In this document: piece by piece, positions 55,612-64,000 of the stretch
Layout of the letters: every line of letters starts with the position of its first letter
Numbering within the stretch: position 1 is the first letter of the stretch
Assembly (NCBI GenBank): GCA_046153645.1
Contig: JBJXGI010000103.1
Coordinates: 1-64,000, forward strand
Length of the DNA: 64,000 bases
From: Elusimicrobiota bacterium
GTDB taxonomy: Bacteria; Elusimicrobiota; Elusimicrobia; F11
Reading direction: 5' to 3'
Position numbers and translations under genes: made by a program
Notes under the pieces: generated by a model
The model's database searches: none
Told to the model about the DNA's origin: nothing
Seen by the model: the letters and a program-made list of their open reading frames with translations, nothing else

Positions 55612-55617
55612 TAGTCC

Positions 55618-55650
55618 ACCCAAAGGTGGGGAATTCCCCCACCTTCGGGT
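55618..55650 (+). terminator. Strong hairpin after flgE
   Basis: ACCC-A-AAGGTGGGG...CCCCACCTT-C-GGGT, no clear U tract. Confidence 0.55.
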
Positions 55651-55682
55651 TGATTAAATTTAAATAAGGAAAAGAAACTTTT

Positions 55683-56264
55683 ATGTCGTTACCAGAAACA
55701 ATAAAAAAAGTTGGAGTAGAAATTGTGGTTTTTTCCCTCTCAGGAGTTATTAGTGTCGTGGGGTCTTATGTGTTGATTAAACGCGTGTTGCCTCAGGCTT
55801 GGTTTCAGGGTGAAACTGTTGCCGTGGTGGCGGCTCCAGCAGACGCACATGCCGCAGAAGGCCAGAAGGCTGCCGAGAGCCATAAAGAGGGAACAAAACC
55901 AAAAGAAGATCATGGAAAAGAAAAACCTAAAGGACATGGCGAAGGAAAAGAAGAGAAGGAGGAAGGCGTTAATGTCCCATTGAAATCTGTCATTGTTAAT
56001 TTGGCAGATACCAATGTTCGTCGGTTTGGAAAAGTTTCTTTGTCTTTACAAGTGAAAGATCCCAAAGTTGTGGAAGACTTGAAAAAAGTGGATCCGCAAA
56101 TATATGACACTTTGATTAAAGTGTTGAGCCATTTCAAATATGAAGAGATTAGCTCTCTCGATGGAAAAGAACTGTTCAAAGAAGAAGTGAAGAATAGAAT
56201 TAATGTCATTTTAAAAGATGATGTTGTTACAAGTGTATTTATCACCGAATTGATTGTGCAATAG
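55683..56264 (+). CDS. fliL: Basal-body-associated protein FliL
   Basis: N-terminal TM; IVNLAD; GKELFKEEV; VFITELIVQ. Confidence 0.92.
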   Translation: MSLPETIKKVGVEIVVFSLSGVISVVGSYVLIKRVLPQAWFQGETVAVVAAPADAHAAEGQKAAESHKEGTKPKEDHGKEKPKGHGEGKEEKEEGVNVPLKSVIVNLADTNVRRFGKVSLSLQVKDPKVVEDLKKVDPQIYDTLIKVLSHFKYEEISSLDGKELFKEEVKNRINVILKDDVVTSVFITELIVQ

Positions 56265-56275
56265 GGAAAATAGTT

Positions 56276-57151
56276 ATGGTCGCCACTTTTGATGCTCGTC
56301 AAACAATTCTCTCCAAAAAGAAAAAAGAATTTCTTAAAAAGATATATATCGAATTTTCTTCTGCTTTAGAAAAAACACTCTTGAGTTATATTTCACTTCC
56401 TATTCATGTCTCTATAAAGGACATTAATTATTTTTCATATGAAAATTATCAAAAAGGGACCGAGGGTTCATTTTTGTGGAATTTGTTTGCCATTGAGCCA
56501 GTGGGAACTTTAGGCTTATTAAAAATACAAAACAATTTGGTGTTGGTGGCTTTAGACCGCATTTTAGGTGGGCCGGGCAAATTAAGCGCGGAAAAAAAAG
56601 AACAACTTTCATTGATCGAATTAAAAATGTCTGAAGCCTTGGTTAATCAGATATTAAACCGGTTGAATGCGGTATTAGAAACCTATGGCGAATGTAGTTT
56701 TCATGCTCAAGCAATGGCACAAAATAACAAAGACTTAAAATTTCTTTCGGCGGATGACCCTGTGATTGTGGTGAGCTTTGAAACAAGTTTTGGAGAATTA
56801 CAAGGAAAAATGGACGTTTGTTTCCCGGTTACTTTTCTTGATCCTATTTTGGCCACCGTTGATAAACAAGATCAACAATCATTTGGGAATTTGAGCGACC
56901 CAAAAATTGCGCATATTGTTAAAGAAAAAATGGGTCCGTTGCTCGTCCCTGTCTGTGCTTATTTAGGTGAATTGAAACTTCCTCTAGAAGAGTTGTTGGC
57001 TCTAGAGCCGGGCCATGTGATTTGTTTGGGGCCTATTCACAAAGATTTGGTTGTAAAAGTGGCCAATGTTCCAGTTTTTTTAGGTTCTCCTGGTGTATCA
57101 AATGAGAATTTGGCTGTTCAAGTGCGCGTGGAAGTCCCATGCAAAAAGTAA
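56276..57151 (+). CDS. fliM: Switch protein FliM, N-terminally truncated
   Basis: DRILGGPG, LSLIE, MDVCFP, C-terminal SpoA domain; no LSQxEID segment. Confidence 0.88.
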   Translation: MVATFDARQTILSKKKKEFLKKIYIEFSSALEKTLLSYISLPIHVSIKDINYFSYENYQKGTEGSFLWNLFAIEPVGTLGLLKIQNNLVLVALDRILGGPGKLSAEKKEQLSLIELKMSEALVNQILNRLNAVLETYGECSFHAQAMAQNNKDLKFLSADDPVIVVSFETSFGELQGKMDVCFPVTFLDPILATVDKQDQQSFGNLSDPKIAHIVKEKMGPLLVPVCAYLGELKLPLEELLALEPGHVICLGPIHKDLVVKVANVPVFLGSPGVSNENLAVQVRVEVPCKK

Positions 57152-57163
57152 GGAGTAAGTTTT

Positions 57164-57556
57164 ATGTCCAATGACTTAACGCCTCCAGAAGAACAGGGGC
57201 AAAATGAAATGGTGGTTGGTCAACCATCAGGTATCGATAATATAACAACGGTTCAAAAAGCTGAGTTACCTCCTTTGGTTTCAAATCCCAAGGCGCCTGT
57301 TAATTTAAAAATTGCGCCACTTATGGATGTGAATTTAAATGTGAGTGTTTTGTTGGGGAAAACCATGATGACTTTGGGAGATCTTCTGAAACTGGGATCT
57401 GGATCTGTGATTGAACTAAGTCGTCCCACAGGAGAACCTGTTGACATTCTTGTGAATGATCGTTTTTTTGCCAGAGGAGAAATCGTGGTTGTTGAAGAAT
57501 CTTTTGGCGTAAGAATTTTAGAAGTGGCTGACAATCAGAGAGCGGAGGCAGCGTGA
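57164..57556 (+). CDS. fliN: Switch protein FliN
   Basis: LMDVNLNVSVLLG...GSVIEL...ARGEIVVVEESFGVRI; ends AEAA. Confidence 0.95.
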   Translation: MSNDLTPPEEQGQNEMVVGQPSGIDNITTVQKAELPPLVSNPKAPVNLKIAPLMDVNLNVSVLLGKTMMTLGDLLKLGSGSVIELSRPTGEPVDILVNDRFFARGEIVVVEESFGVRILEVADNQRAEAA

Positions 57557-58068
57557 GTAAACTTAAATCTGTAATAAAGATTTTCGTATTTTATTTTTTA
57601 TTTGGGATTTTACCAAACCCCGTTTTTTCTGTGACGGTTGATGAGCCTATTAATACTGAAATGCTTCTTGATAGCTTGGAATCCAATTCCACTGAAAAAC
57701 CAATGGCCCCAGAAACAAGTTTTTTCTCCATATTATTGAGAACAGGTTGCGCGCTTTTAATTGTTTTGGCTTTGGGTTGTGTCGCGATTAAAGTGATGAA
57801 AATGTTGCGGTTTTCACCCGCAGTGAAAACTTCTTCTATTCAAATTATTCAACGGTTACCCCTCTCGGGCAGGAAAGCTCTTTATGTTGTGAAAGTAGCA
57901 GAGAAAGCCTTGATCCTGGGAGTATCCGAACAAGCCATATCAAAAATTTGTTTTATGAATTTATCTGATTTCCCTGATACAGAAGCAATGGCATCTGCCC
58001 CTGCTGGAAGGTTCGGTGAAATGTTGGCTCAAAAAATGAGAAGTGTGATTGGGAAAAATGAAAATTAA
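57553..58068 (+). CDS. fliO: FliO/FliZ-family protein
   Basis: TM, then IQIIQRLPLSGRKALYVVKVAEKALILGVSE. Confidence 0.85.
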   Translation: MSKLKSVIKIFVFYFLFGILPNPVFSVTVDEPINTEMLLDSLESNSTEKPMAPETSFFSILLRTGCALLIVLALGCVAIKVMKMLRFSPAVKTSSIQIIQRLPLSGRKALYVVKVAEKALILGVSEQAISKICFMNLSDFPDTEAMASAPAGRFGEMLAQKMRSVIGKNEN

Positions 58069-58825
58069 TTTTGAAAAGTTGAAGACTTGGTTTCCTGTTT
58101 TTACCGGAATGATGGTTTTATTTGTTGCCAATTCAGTTTTGGCGGCAGGGCCTTCAGCTTCTCCTGTCATGGCGTTACCTTCGTGGGCGGAACCTAAGCG
58201 ACTTTCCGTTTTATTGGAAACGCTCTTTGTATTGACCTTTGTTTCATTTGTCCCTTTTTTGCTTTTGATGACAACTTGTTTTCTTCGCATTGTTATTGTT
58301 TTAAGTTTTTTAAGACACGCTTTGGGAACCCAACAAATTCCACCTACCAATATTTTGGTGGGATTGGGTTTGGTTCTTACTTTTTTTCTTATGTCACCGA
58401 CAATTCAGAAAATTAATGAAAATGCTTTTGAGCCCTATAATAATAAAGCCATTTCCTGGAATGAAGCCTTAGAAAAAGGTTCTCAACCGCTTCGTGATTT
58501 TATGCTCCGTCAAACGCGGAAAAAAGATTTGGCCCTTTCCATAAAATTAGGGCACATCAAAAAAATTGAGAACGTTAAAGATTTACCCTTTTTTGTGGTA
58601 ATGACAGCTTTTGTTATTAGCGAATTAAAAACTGCTTTTATTATTGGGTTTCTCATTTTTATTCCTTTTGTTGTGGTTGATATGGTCGTGGCGACTGTTC
58701 TTATGTCACTGGGTATGATGATGGTTCCTCCCACGACGTTATCACTTCCTTTAAAAATTCTTTTGTTTGTTCTCATGGATGGGTGGAATCTCCTTATTCA
58801 AGGATTGGTGGAGAGTATTCGTTAA
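58058..58825 (+). CDS. fliP: Export gate protein FliP
   Basis: TCFLRIVIVLSFLRHALGTQQIPP; ISELKTAF; KILLFVLMDGW. Confidence 0.96.
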   Translation: MKINFEKLKTWFPVFTGMMVLFVANSVLAAGPSASPVMALPSWAEPKRLSVLLETLFVLTFVSFVPFLLLMTTCFLRIVIVLSFLRHALGTQQIPPTNILVGLGLVLTFFLMSPTIQKINENAFEPYNNKAISWNEALEKGSQPLRDFMLRQTRKKDLALSIKLGHIKKIENVKDLPFFVVMTAFVISELKTAFIIGFLIFIPFVVVDMVVATVLMSLGMMMVPPTTLSLPLKILLFVLMDGWNLLIQGLVESIR

Positions 58826-59094
58826 TGGATCTTGCAACCGCTATCTCAATTATGCAAGACGCTATTTTTGTGTCTCTGCGAGTTCCAGCCCCCATTCTCA
58901 TAGCGGTATTGGTTGTCGGGGTTGTTATCACATTATTTCAGGCCGCGACTCAAATTCACGAAATGACGTTGGTGTTTGTCCCTAAGATGATTGTGACGTA
59001 CGCGCTCTTATGTATTTTCGGAAATTGGATGCTTTTTACATTGATCAATTTTGGACATCGATTATTCGCCAGTATTCCATCGATGATTCGTTAA
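58825..59094 (+). CDS. fliQ: Export gate protein FliQ
   Basis: FQAATQIHEMTLVFVPK. Confidence 0.95.
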   Translation: MDLATAISIMQDAIFVSLRVPAPILIAVLVVGVVITLFQAATQIHEMTLVFVPKMIVTYALLCIFGNWMLFTLINFGHRLFASIPSMIR

Positions 59095-59865
59095 GTGAAA
59101 AATATGAATATTTTTAATATCGAATATTTTTTGCCGGTCCTGGTAAGAGTCAGTGGGCTTTTCCTGTTTACTCCTTTTTTTAACGGAAAAATGATTCCCA
59201 TGTTGGTGAAAGTGGGGGCCTCTATTGGACTTTCTTTTATTGTTTTTTCAGTGATGAAGTGGGATGTGGTTTTGCCAGATTCCAGTGTTGGATACAGTAT
59301 GTTGCTTATCAATGAAAGTATGGTTGGATTTGTAATGGGAACATTTTTGGGTGTTTTGTTTGCTGGCGTTCAGGCGGCCGGCAATATCATTGGATATCAA
59401 ATTGGGTTTAGCATGGTGTCATCTTATGATCCCAATTTCGGACAGATGGAAGTGATCAGTCAGTTAAAGTCGCTTCTTGCGATGACTTTATTTATTTTGA
59501 TGAATGGTCATCATAAATTAATTGAAGCCATGGCGAAAAGTTATGAGGTGATTCCATTGGGTCAGGCTCTCTTTTCTCCGGCATTGGTATTTAAGTTGGT
59601 CGGATCAGGGGGGCTTATTTTTGACTTGGCGTTAAAGGTTGGCGCGCCCGTTATTGTCACACTATGGATGAGTTCAATTTGCCTGGCCATTTTAAACCGC
59701 ATGATTCCTCAGATGAATATTTTTATGATCGATTTTCCTGTTCGAATTAGTATTGGGCTAATGTCTTTATCATTATCACTTCCCTTCATTTCAAATCAAT
59801 TTGGATTCATGTTAAAAGCACTTATGAAAGATCTCTCGATGGCATTTGTTTCGATGCGAGGCTAA
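59095..59865 (+). CDS. fliR: Export gate protein FliR
   Basis: RVSGLFLFTPFF; AGNIIGYQIGF; NGHH; PQMNIF (start may be ATG 59104). Confidence 0.95.
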   Translation: MKNMNIFNIEYFLPVLVRVSGLFLFTPFFNGKMIPMLVKVGASIGLSFIVFSVMKWDVVLPDSSVGYSMLLINESMVGFVMGTFLGVLFAGVQAAGNIIGYQIGFSMVSSYDPNFGQMEVISQLKSLLAMTLFILMNGHHKLIEAMAKSYEVIPLGQALFSPALVFKLVGSGGLIFDLALKVGAPVIVTLWMSSICLAILNRMIPQMNIFMIDFPVRISIGLMSLSLSLPFISNQFGFMLKALMKDLSMAFVSMRG

Positions 59866-59868
59866 AAA

Positions 59869-60957
59869 ATGGCTGAATCAAGCGGACAAGAAAAATCAGA
59901 AAAGCCCACACCGAGGCGATTGCAAAAAGCCCAGGAGAGGGGGGAAATTGCCCAGAGTCGTGAATGGCCAGCGACGTTGGTTCTTTTTGGTGGTTTATTT
60001 GTCTTGCTAAGTTTTAAGTTGGAAATTTTCAATGAATGGCGTGAATTGTTCCAAACTATTGTCCATGAAATACCTAAGGTGTTGTGGCAGGATGAAAAGT
60101 TGGCTCCAACCGTTCACATTGCCGGTCGCCAGATATCTAGTATTTTACTGCCTGTGTTTTTGGTGACTTTTTTTATGGGCCTTTTTGGTGGTTGGAGCCA
60201 AAATGGAATTATTTTTACAATGGATGCTCTTAAACCACAGTTTTCTCGTCTCAATCCTTTGGCGGGTTTTAAAAATTTATTTTCTGGTCGTGTTGTATCT
60301 GAAGTTTTAAAAACAATTTTTAAGGGATCCGTTGTTGCCATTATTGCCGCTTTTCATATCAAGTCAATTGTGAATCATGCTTTCATTTATGAAGGGATGT
60401 CAGCCGGAGCACTTTTTTTAGATACAGCTCAATTAATGTATCGTTTCGCGGTTCATGTCGCCATATTTATGGTCGTTTTTTCTGGATTCGATTATTTTTT
60501 ACAGAGAAAACAATGGCTTCAACGTTTAATGATGTCTCGCCAAGAAATAAAAGAAGAATTAAAAGAATCTGAAGGTAATCCCCAAATCAAATCCAAAATT
60601 AAAAGCATGATGCGTAAATTAAGAGGTAAACGCATGATGAGCCAAGTGAAGGATGCTCAAGTTGTAATTACCAACCCCACTCACTTCGCTATCGCTTTGC
60701 AATATAAAAAAGATATGAAAGCCCCCATTGTCTTAGCCAAAGGGGCGGATTTAATCGCTAAAAAAATTATTCAAACAGCTCGGCTTCATAATGTTCCTGT
60801 TGTTGAAAATAAACCTTTGGCGCGCCTTTTATATCGATGGGTTGAAATTGGGGATGATGTCCCGTCAAATCTGTATCAAGCCGTCGCGGAAGTATTGGCT
60901 TATGTTTATCGATTAAGACAAAAGGTGTGGAATTATGATAGCGCAAAGCAGTCCTAA
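59869..60957 (+). CDS. flhB: Export switch protein FlhB
   Basis: EKSEKPTPRRL; EGNPQIK; NPTH autocleavage motif. Confidence 0.97.
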   Translation: MAESSGQEKSEKPTPRRLQKAQERGEIAQSREWPATLVLFGGLFVLLSFKLEIFNEWRELFQTIVHEIPKVLWQDEKLAPTVHIAGRQISSILLPVFLVTFFMGLFGGWSQNGIIFTMDALKPQFSRLNPLAGFKNLFSGRVVSEVLKTIFKGSVVAIIAAFHIKSIVNHAFIYEGMSAGALFLDTAQLMYRFAVHVAIFMVVFSGFDYFLQRKQWLQRLMMSRQEIKEELKESEGNPQIKSKIKSMMRKLRGKRMMSQVKDAQVVITNPTHFAIALQYKKDMKAPIVLAKGADLIAKKIIQTARLHNVPVVENKPLARLLYRWVEIGDDVPSNLYQAVAEVLAYVYRLRQKVWNYDSAKQS

Positions 60958-63046
60958 AAAAAGTTTTGAAGCGTTAAGTGCCATTGGTGTTATTGGCATT
61001 TTGATGATGATGTTGGTTCCTCTTCCGACATGGTTGATTAGTTTTTTGATTGTCTTAAACCTTGCACTTTCAATGACAGTGTTGTTGATGACGACTTACA
61101 TTAAAGATGTATTGGAGTTTTCTGTTTTTCCAACACTGTTATTGGGGTTGACTTTATTCCGTCTGGCTTTAAGTGTGGCCAGTACCAAACTTATTCTTTT
61201 ACAGGCGGATGCAGGGTCGGTGTTACAGGCTTTTGGGGAAGTGGTTGTTAAGGGAAATGCGGTTGTTGGATTCATCGTTTTTCTCATCTTAATTATTGTT
61301 CAGTTCATCGTTATCACGAAAGGTGCCGAACGCGTTTCTGAAGTAGCGGCCCGATTTACTTTGGATGCCATGCCGGGAAAACAAATGGGTGTTGATGCAG
61401 AGTTGAATGCTGGAATAATAAATGACGAACAAGCCAAAACTCGACGGTCGATGATTCAGCGTGAAGCGGATTTTTATGGCGCAATGGACGGTGCCAGTAA
61501 ATTTGTACGCGGAGACGCGATTGCATCGATCATTGTTGTTATTGTCAATATTGTCGGTGGAGTTTCAATTGGATTCATGCAAAAAAGCATGGATTGGATG
61601 GACATCATTAAAACTTACACTATTTTATCCATTGGGGATGGATTGGTTCATCAGATTCCAGCGCTCATTGTTTCAACGGCCACTGGTATTTTGGTCACAC
61701 GCTCTGGTGACAAAGCGACGTTGGGGCAGGAATTGGGTTCTCAGTTTTCGTTGAACCCAAGATCTTTGGGGATGACCGGTGGAATTCTCGGGCTATTAGG
61801 TGGTATTGGTTTATTTACCGGGTTGCCGGCTTTTCCATTTCTTTTTGTATCAGGGTTAACCTCTGGATTGGCTTATGTTCTTTCAAAAGCTCGTAAAGAA
61901 GCTGACGAAAAACCGGTTAAAACATCTGATAAAAACCTTCCGAAAACACCAGAAGATGTGATGCCTTTACTCAATGTAGAAGCTTTGGAAATTGAATTGG
62001 GGTATGGATTACTCTATCTTGTCGACGAAACTCAAGGTGGAGATTTATTAGAGCGAGTGGCCATGGTTCGAAAACAGTGTGCCAAGGATTTGGGGATTGT
62101 CGTTCCTCCCGTAAGAATTCGTGACAATGGCCTTATTTCAAATAATACCTACGCTGTCAAAGTTCGAGGTCTCGTTGTAGCGAAGGGAGAACTTTTGCCC
62201 AAGCATTATCTTGCTATGAGCACTGGTTTGGAAGAGCGTCCCATAGAAGGCATCTCAACGAAAGAACCTACTTATGGATTGCCGGCTTTGTGGGTTAAAG
62301 AAAATATGAAAAGAGAAGCCGAAGTGAGTGGTTACACGGTGGTTGATAACGCCTCGGTTATTGCGACGCATTTAACTGAGATTGTCAAATCACACGCCCA
62401 TGAACTTTTAGGACGGCAAGAAGTTCAGGCGCTTATTAATGACTTAAAAACCAAAGGGTTCACGGCAATTTGTGATGAATTAATTCCTGGTGTTCTCAGT
62501 CTCGGCATGATCCAAAAAGTTTTACAGAATTTATTGCGTGAGCGAGTTTCTATTCGGAATCTCCTGACTATTTTGGAAAGTTTAGGTGATACAGCGCCTT
62601 CGACAAAAGATATTGATGTTTTAACCGAGTATTCTCGTGCCAGTTTGGCTCGTCAAATTTCACAGCAGTATCGCGATCGTGAGGGCGTTTTGTATTGCGT
62701 TACGTTCTCACCAGAAACTGAAAAAGTTCTTTTCCAAAGCATTCAGCGCAATGATCGTAACGCCCATTTGATTTTAGATCCAGCTTATTACGATAGGTTG
62801 GTACAACAAATCAGTGAACAATTGAATTCTCCCATGGCCGCGGGAACGCCTGTTTTATTGTGTTCACCTAGTATTCGTCCTTATCTTAAAAAGCAATTAG
62901 ATCGGTCTATCAGTAATGTTGTTGTGTTGTCTTATAACGAGGTGACTCCTGATACGTCAGCAAAATCTATTGGGATGATTTCGACCTCTCAATCAATGCC
63001 TTTAAATAACGCCCCGGAAATGGAAAAAATTGGAGTAAAACTATGA
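60935..63046 (+). CDS. flhA: Export protein FlhA
   Basis: ITKGAERVSEVAARFTLDAMPGKQM; FYGAMDGASKFVRGDA. Confidence 0.97.
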   Translation: MIAQSSPKKSFEALSAIGVIGILMMMLVPLPTWLISFLIVLNLALSMTVLLMTTYIKDVLEFSVFPTLLLGLTLFRLALSVASTKLILLQADAGSVLQAFGEVVVKGNAVVGFIVFLILIIVQFIVITKGAERVSEVAARFTLDAMPGKQMGVDAELNAGIINDEQAKTRRSMIQREADFYGAMDGASKFVRGDAIASIIVVIVNIVGGVSIGFMQKSMDWMDIIKTYTILSIGDGLVHQIPALIVSTATGILVTRSGDKATLGQELGSQFSLNPRSLGMTGGILGLLGGIGLFTGLPAFPFLFVSGLTSGLAYVLSKARKEADEKPVKTSDKNLPKTPEDVMPLLNVEALEIELGYGLLYLVDETQGGDLLERVAMVRKQCAKDLGIVVPPVRIRDNGLISNNTYAVKVRGLVVAKGELLPKHYLAMSTGLEERPIEGISTKEPTYGLPALWVKENMKREAEVSGYTVVDNASVIATHLTEIVKSHAHELLGRQEVQALINDLKTKGFTAICDELIPGVLSLGMIQKVLQNLLRERVSIRNLLTILESLGDTAPSTKDIDVLTEYSRASLARQISQQYRDREGVLYCVTFSPETEKVLFQSIQRNDRNAHLILDPAYYDRLVQQISEQLNSPMAAGTPVLLCSPSIRPYLKKQLDRSISNVVVLSYNEVTPDTSAKSIGMISTSQSMPLNNAPEMEKIGVKL

Positions 63047-63876
63047 GCCATACAACTGCCGCCGTTGAAAAAAATAATATCGAAAAAACAGGAAATCCCA
63101 CGCGAAGTCTCAGTACTCAGGAACTCGAAAGGTGCTGGAGTGAATATGTCAAATCGAGGTCACCACAGTTAAAAGAAACATTGCTGGCAAGATACAGCTA
63201 TTTGGTGCGATATGTATTAGGTCGGATGAAGGTAAGTCTGGTTCCTAACTTAGATCACGACGACCTTGAAAGTGCGGGGATTATTTGTCTTATTCAAACG
63301 CTTGACCGATTTGATCCCTCTCGTGGAATTAAATTTGAAACCTATGCTTATCAGCGAATTCAAGGCGGAATTCTTGATTATCTGAGGAAAATGGATTTTT
63401 TGAGTCGATCTTCTCGAGATCGAATAAAAAAATTCAAAGTTGTTTTAGAAAAGCTTACCGAAAAATTAGGAAAAACACCGAGTGATGATGAACTCATGGT
63501 GGCCATGAAATTAGATGCCGATGGATTAAAACAAGTGTATTTTGAAATGAGTTGTGAAAGTCCAGTATCTCTAGAATCAACAGGAGATTTTTCTGACGCT
63601 TCTGAAGGGACTTGGAATAATGATGGGGGAATTGATCTCAATGAGCCTGAGGTTTTTGATCAATTAATTAAAAAAGAAACAGCGGAAATTTTAGGGCAAG
63701 TCATCGACAGTTTGCCTGAGCGAGATCGCAATTTAATTTCACTCTACTATTATGAGAATTTGACATTTAAAGAAATTGGGACGATATTAAAGGTCTCTGA
63801 GTCAAGAATTTGTCAAATGCACTCGAAAGCGCTTTTAGATATCGAAAGTGGCCTTAAGAAGAAGGGGCTTCGTTAG
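63043..63876 (+). CDS. fliA: RNA polymerase sigma28 factor FliA/WhiG
   Basis: RFDPSRGIKFETYA...ILDYLRKMD; LYYYENLTFKEIG...VSESRICQMH. Confidence 0.96.
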   Translation: MSHTTAAVEKNNIEKTGNPTRSLSTQELERCWSEYVKSRSPQLKETLLARYSYLVRYVLGRMKVSLVPNLDHDDLESAGIICLIQTLDRFDPSRGIKFETYAYQRIQGGILDYLRKMDFLSRSSRDRIKKFKVVLEKLTEKLGKTPSDDELMVAMKLDADGLKQVYFEMSCESPVSLESTGDFSDASEGTWNNDGGIDLNEPEVFDQLIKKETAEILGQVIDSLPERDRNLISLYYYENLTFKEIGTILKVSESRICQMHSKALLDIESGLKKKGLR

Positions 63877-64000
63877 CGGATACTTCTTTTGTTTTGTAGT
63901 TGATGGATCGTTCATAAACATTGGCAATCCCAAGATCAGCTCTGTATTTAGCGACGGTTCGAACCGCCACTCCCATTTGATATTCTACCTTGAGCAAATT
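63854..64000 (-). CDS. rpoN: RNA polymerase sigma54 factor, C-terminal fragment (gene continues beyond the window)
   Basis: Not in the ORF track. Minus-strand translation NLLKVEYQMGVAVRTVAKYRADLGIANVYER...PSS* contains an RpoN-box variant. Confidence 0.85.
   Translation of the reverse strand, partial: NLLKVEYQMGVAVRTVAKYRADLGIANVYERSINYKTKEVSANEAPSS

Noticed and set aside
1..64000. CRISPR arrays, tRNA/rRNA genes, transposases, integrases, prophage or defence genes
   Set aside because: None seen; the window is almost fully coding and the intergenic gaps contain no repeat-spacer arrays or tRNA-like sequences that I could recognise.

Overview
AT-rich bacterial DNA from a diderm (L/P rings and a FadL-type porin are encoded; the lineage cannot be assigned from the sequence alone). 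About 36 kb is an essentially complete flagellar gene set: flgFGAHIJMNKL-fliW-csrA-fliC-flaG-fliDS, motAB-PilZ, a sigma54 activator, flgBC-fliEFGHIJ-fliK-flgD-flgE-fliLMNOPQR-flhBA-fliA, and the 3' end of a convergent rpoN at the right edge. It is interleaved with about 14 two-component-type proteins, glycogen phosphorylase, a frameshifted zwf, an FNR-family oxidoreductase, a FIST sensor and an orphan PilB/GspE ATPase fused to a receiver domain. No che, flhF or flhG genes are in the window, and FliM lacks its CheY-binding N-terminus. Non-obvious structure read from the DNA: (i) eight intergenic sigma28-type promoters, five of them in front of non-flagellar signalling or energy genes, three placed exactly 7 nt from the ATG (leaderless); (ii) five of these sigma28-linked accessory proteins end in a C-terminal Ala-Ala, a ClpXP-type degron; (iii) a covarying RNA hairpin motif shared by the fliF and flgE leaders; (iv) a cassette of three lycopene-cyclase-like membrane proteins, a membrane kinase and a FadL porin with no carotenoid genes nearby. 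Together these suggest a chemotaxis-independent, proteolytically reset motile-phase programme, plus a possible lipophilic-signal module. All protein family calls come from motif recognition by eye, not from database searches.
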